Below are positions 62,991 through 64,000 of a stretch of DNA of 64,000 nt, piece by piece; the stretch's first letter is position 1; the number at the start of each line of letters is the position of its first letter. Position numbers and translations under genes: made by a program. Under the pieces are notes generated by a model, which worked only from the letters and a program-made list of their open reading frames with translations, was not told the origin of the DNA and did not search any database. Source of the DNA: an uncultured Verrucomicrobiae bacterium (lineage in GTDB: Bacteria > Verrucomicrobiota > Verrucomicrobiia > Chthoniobacterales > Chthoniobacteraceae); the NCBI GenBank assembly GCA_963828525.1, contig CAWHEP010000002.1, positions 128,001 through 192,000 on the forward strand, written 5' to 3'.

Positions 62991-63098
62991 ATGTTCGGCT
63001 TCTTTTCAACACGTCTTGGGTGCCTCGGCTCAATCGGGGTCTCCATCATCGGCACAATCGTCCTCAGCTTCCTCGCCCGAAGCTGCAGCGGCCACTGA
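62991..63098 (+). CDS. 35-aa single-TM small protein
   Basis: MFGFFSTRLGCLGSIGVSIIGTIVLSFLARSCSGH; clean hydrophobic helix. Below the ORF-track length cutoff. Confidence 0.6.
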   Translation: MFGFFSTRLGCLGSIGVSIIGTIVLSFLARSCSGH

Positions 63099-63372
63099 TT
63101 CTTCATCCCCGGGAGGCAGGGAAGCGTCGCCTAAGTTTCCGTCCGTCTTGACGCAACGGACTCCCGTTACCCAACCATACTTCTTCAAGCTTCAAGCAGC
63201 GCTCCCGTCCCCGCAGCTCCTATGCATAAGGCCTCGCCCGAGTTTCGCGCACCGCCTGCGCCCGGGACGGAAGCCGAGCATCTCCAGCCCGCCTCTCCAC
63301 ATCACGACCACTGAATCGCGCACCACATCACGAGAGAAGACTGTCTTCAGTCCATTGCTTTGCGCCCAGGAC

Positions 63373-63412
63373 AGATACGGGAATAGGGGTCAAGATACGG
63401 AAATAGGGGTCA
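63373..63412 (+). repeat. 20-bp tandem repeat x2
   Basis: AGATACGG(G/A)AATAGGGGTCA twice, one mismatch. Confidence 0.85.
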
Positions 63413-63419
63413 GGCAACA

Positions 63420-63465
63420 AAGACCGGCTGGCGAGTTGCATGCATGGGTGTTGATGGACAACCAT
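63420..63465 (+). pseudogene. RAYT/IS200-like (Y1 HUH) transposase remnant
   Basis: With one base removed it reads KTGWRVHAWVLMDNH, the segment leading into the HUH motif. Confidence 0.55.
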
Positions 63466-63720
63466 GGGCACCCGGCTTCAGTCGTCCAGACCGCCGCTTC
63501 CGTACTCGCGATACCTTCCTATCCATTTGTAGCCGGTCTTGCGGCTAATCTTTACTCTCGACAGAGATCCAGAACCTCAAAACGCTGGCTCTCGACCAAA
63601 CTCACAAATCTGAACTTTTGTTCCATTGATGACTCTTCTTTCCAAGGCATAACGCCCCGATTTCGTGTCACCCATGTTCCCCGTCAATCTGTTACCTATG
63701 TTCCCGGTTCATACCAATAC
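63466..63720 (-). mobile_element. Truncated IS481-family element (left end plus 5' transposase pseudogene)
   Basis: ATG 63650: MPWKEESSMEQKFRFV...LCRE, then after a shift ISRKTGYKWIGRYREYG.GGL.D*SR.P. Upstream repeats GGGAACAT(A/G)GGT(A/G)ACA at 63666-63681 and 63690-63705. Confidence 0.75.
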
Positions 63721-63765
63721 CGCATTAAAAATCGAGGCCGCCCCAATGTCGGTCGCAGCGTTTTC

Positions 63766-64000
63766 CTACCACGAAGTTTTTTCCCACAGCACGCAGGAAA
63801 AATAGCGCGCACCGAACCAGTACGGCTGGGTGAACTCGCGCACGCGCATCCATTTTCCGGGCAGCGGCACGGCTTCCCCGCCATCGGTCACGGCGTATGC
63901 GGCAGGCTGTTTTGCAGGCGGGAGTTCGCGGCGGTTTTGCGCGGCGCCCGCGATGTTGAACAAACGAATCTCCGCGTGCGAATCGCTCCTCTCGCGCAGA
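63766..64000 (-). CDS. 3' end of a hypothetical protein running in from beyond the window
   Basis: Frame open to the window edge, ending ...YWFGARYFSCVLWEKTSW. Confidence 0.45.
   Translation of the reverse strand, partial: LRERSDSHAEIRLFNIAGAAQNRRELPPAKQPAAYAVTDGGEAVPLPGKWMRVREFTQPYWFGARYFSCVLWEKTSW

Noticed and set aside
1..64000. Many long antisense or overlapping ORFs in the track (e.g. 17737-18765, 19465-20373, 30982-32034, 44850-45665)
   Set aside because: Shadow frames of well-supported genes in GC-rich DNA; no family motifs.
1..64000. CRISPR array or rRNA
   Set aside because: No repeat-spacer periodicity or rRNA signature was seen; the 63373-63412 repeat has two units and no spacer.

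Overview
GC-rich bacterial chromosome segment; gene style suggests Verrucomicrobiota (inference only). Layout: (1) 1-10.6 kb housekeeping genes: sufE-like, CDF transporter, ptsH, tsaC/sua5, purK, purE, cold-shock protein, aroK, queG, and ahcY-metK divergent from a SahR-type regulator with a palindromic operator between them. (2) 10.7-24.7 kb minus-strand cluster for making and attaching an unusual sugar: GT-C, HAD, kinase, split transketolase, two methyltransferases, Zn-ADH, WbuC cupin, SDR, GT2, acyltransferase, flippase-like protein. (3) tRNA-Ala(CGC), then an accessory region at 24.9-41.8 kb. It holds a 5.4-kb segment bounded by a 21-bp direct repeat of the tRNA 5' end (PL4 lyase, DUF1016), an arsenosugar-type cluster with an extra uncharacterised radical SAM enzyme, a DUF433/PIN toxin-antitoxin pair, a GH2 and a vsr-dcm-HNH restriction-modification locus. 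(4) 41.9-56.7 kb: a 14-gene, probably sigma54-driven nitrogen-scavenging operon. It runs urtABCDE, creatininase-like, GlnT/GmaS-like ligase, a second ABC transporter, Rieske oxygenase, FGE-domain protein, TIM barrel and deacetylase, with no urease or urea carboxylase. This is the best candidate for an undescribed pathway. (5) 57-64 kb: outer-membrane barrel, DinG/YoaA helicase, LptF/G, DUF1697, a 35-aa membrane peptide and transposase remnants. About a dozen genes carry frameshifts, most likely long-read or assembly indels. No CRISPR array or rRNA was seen.
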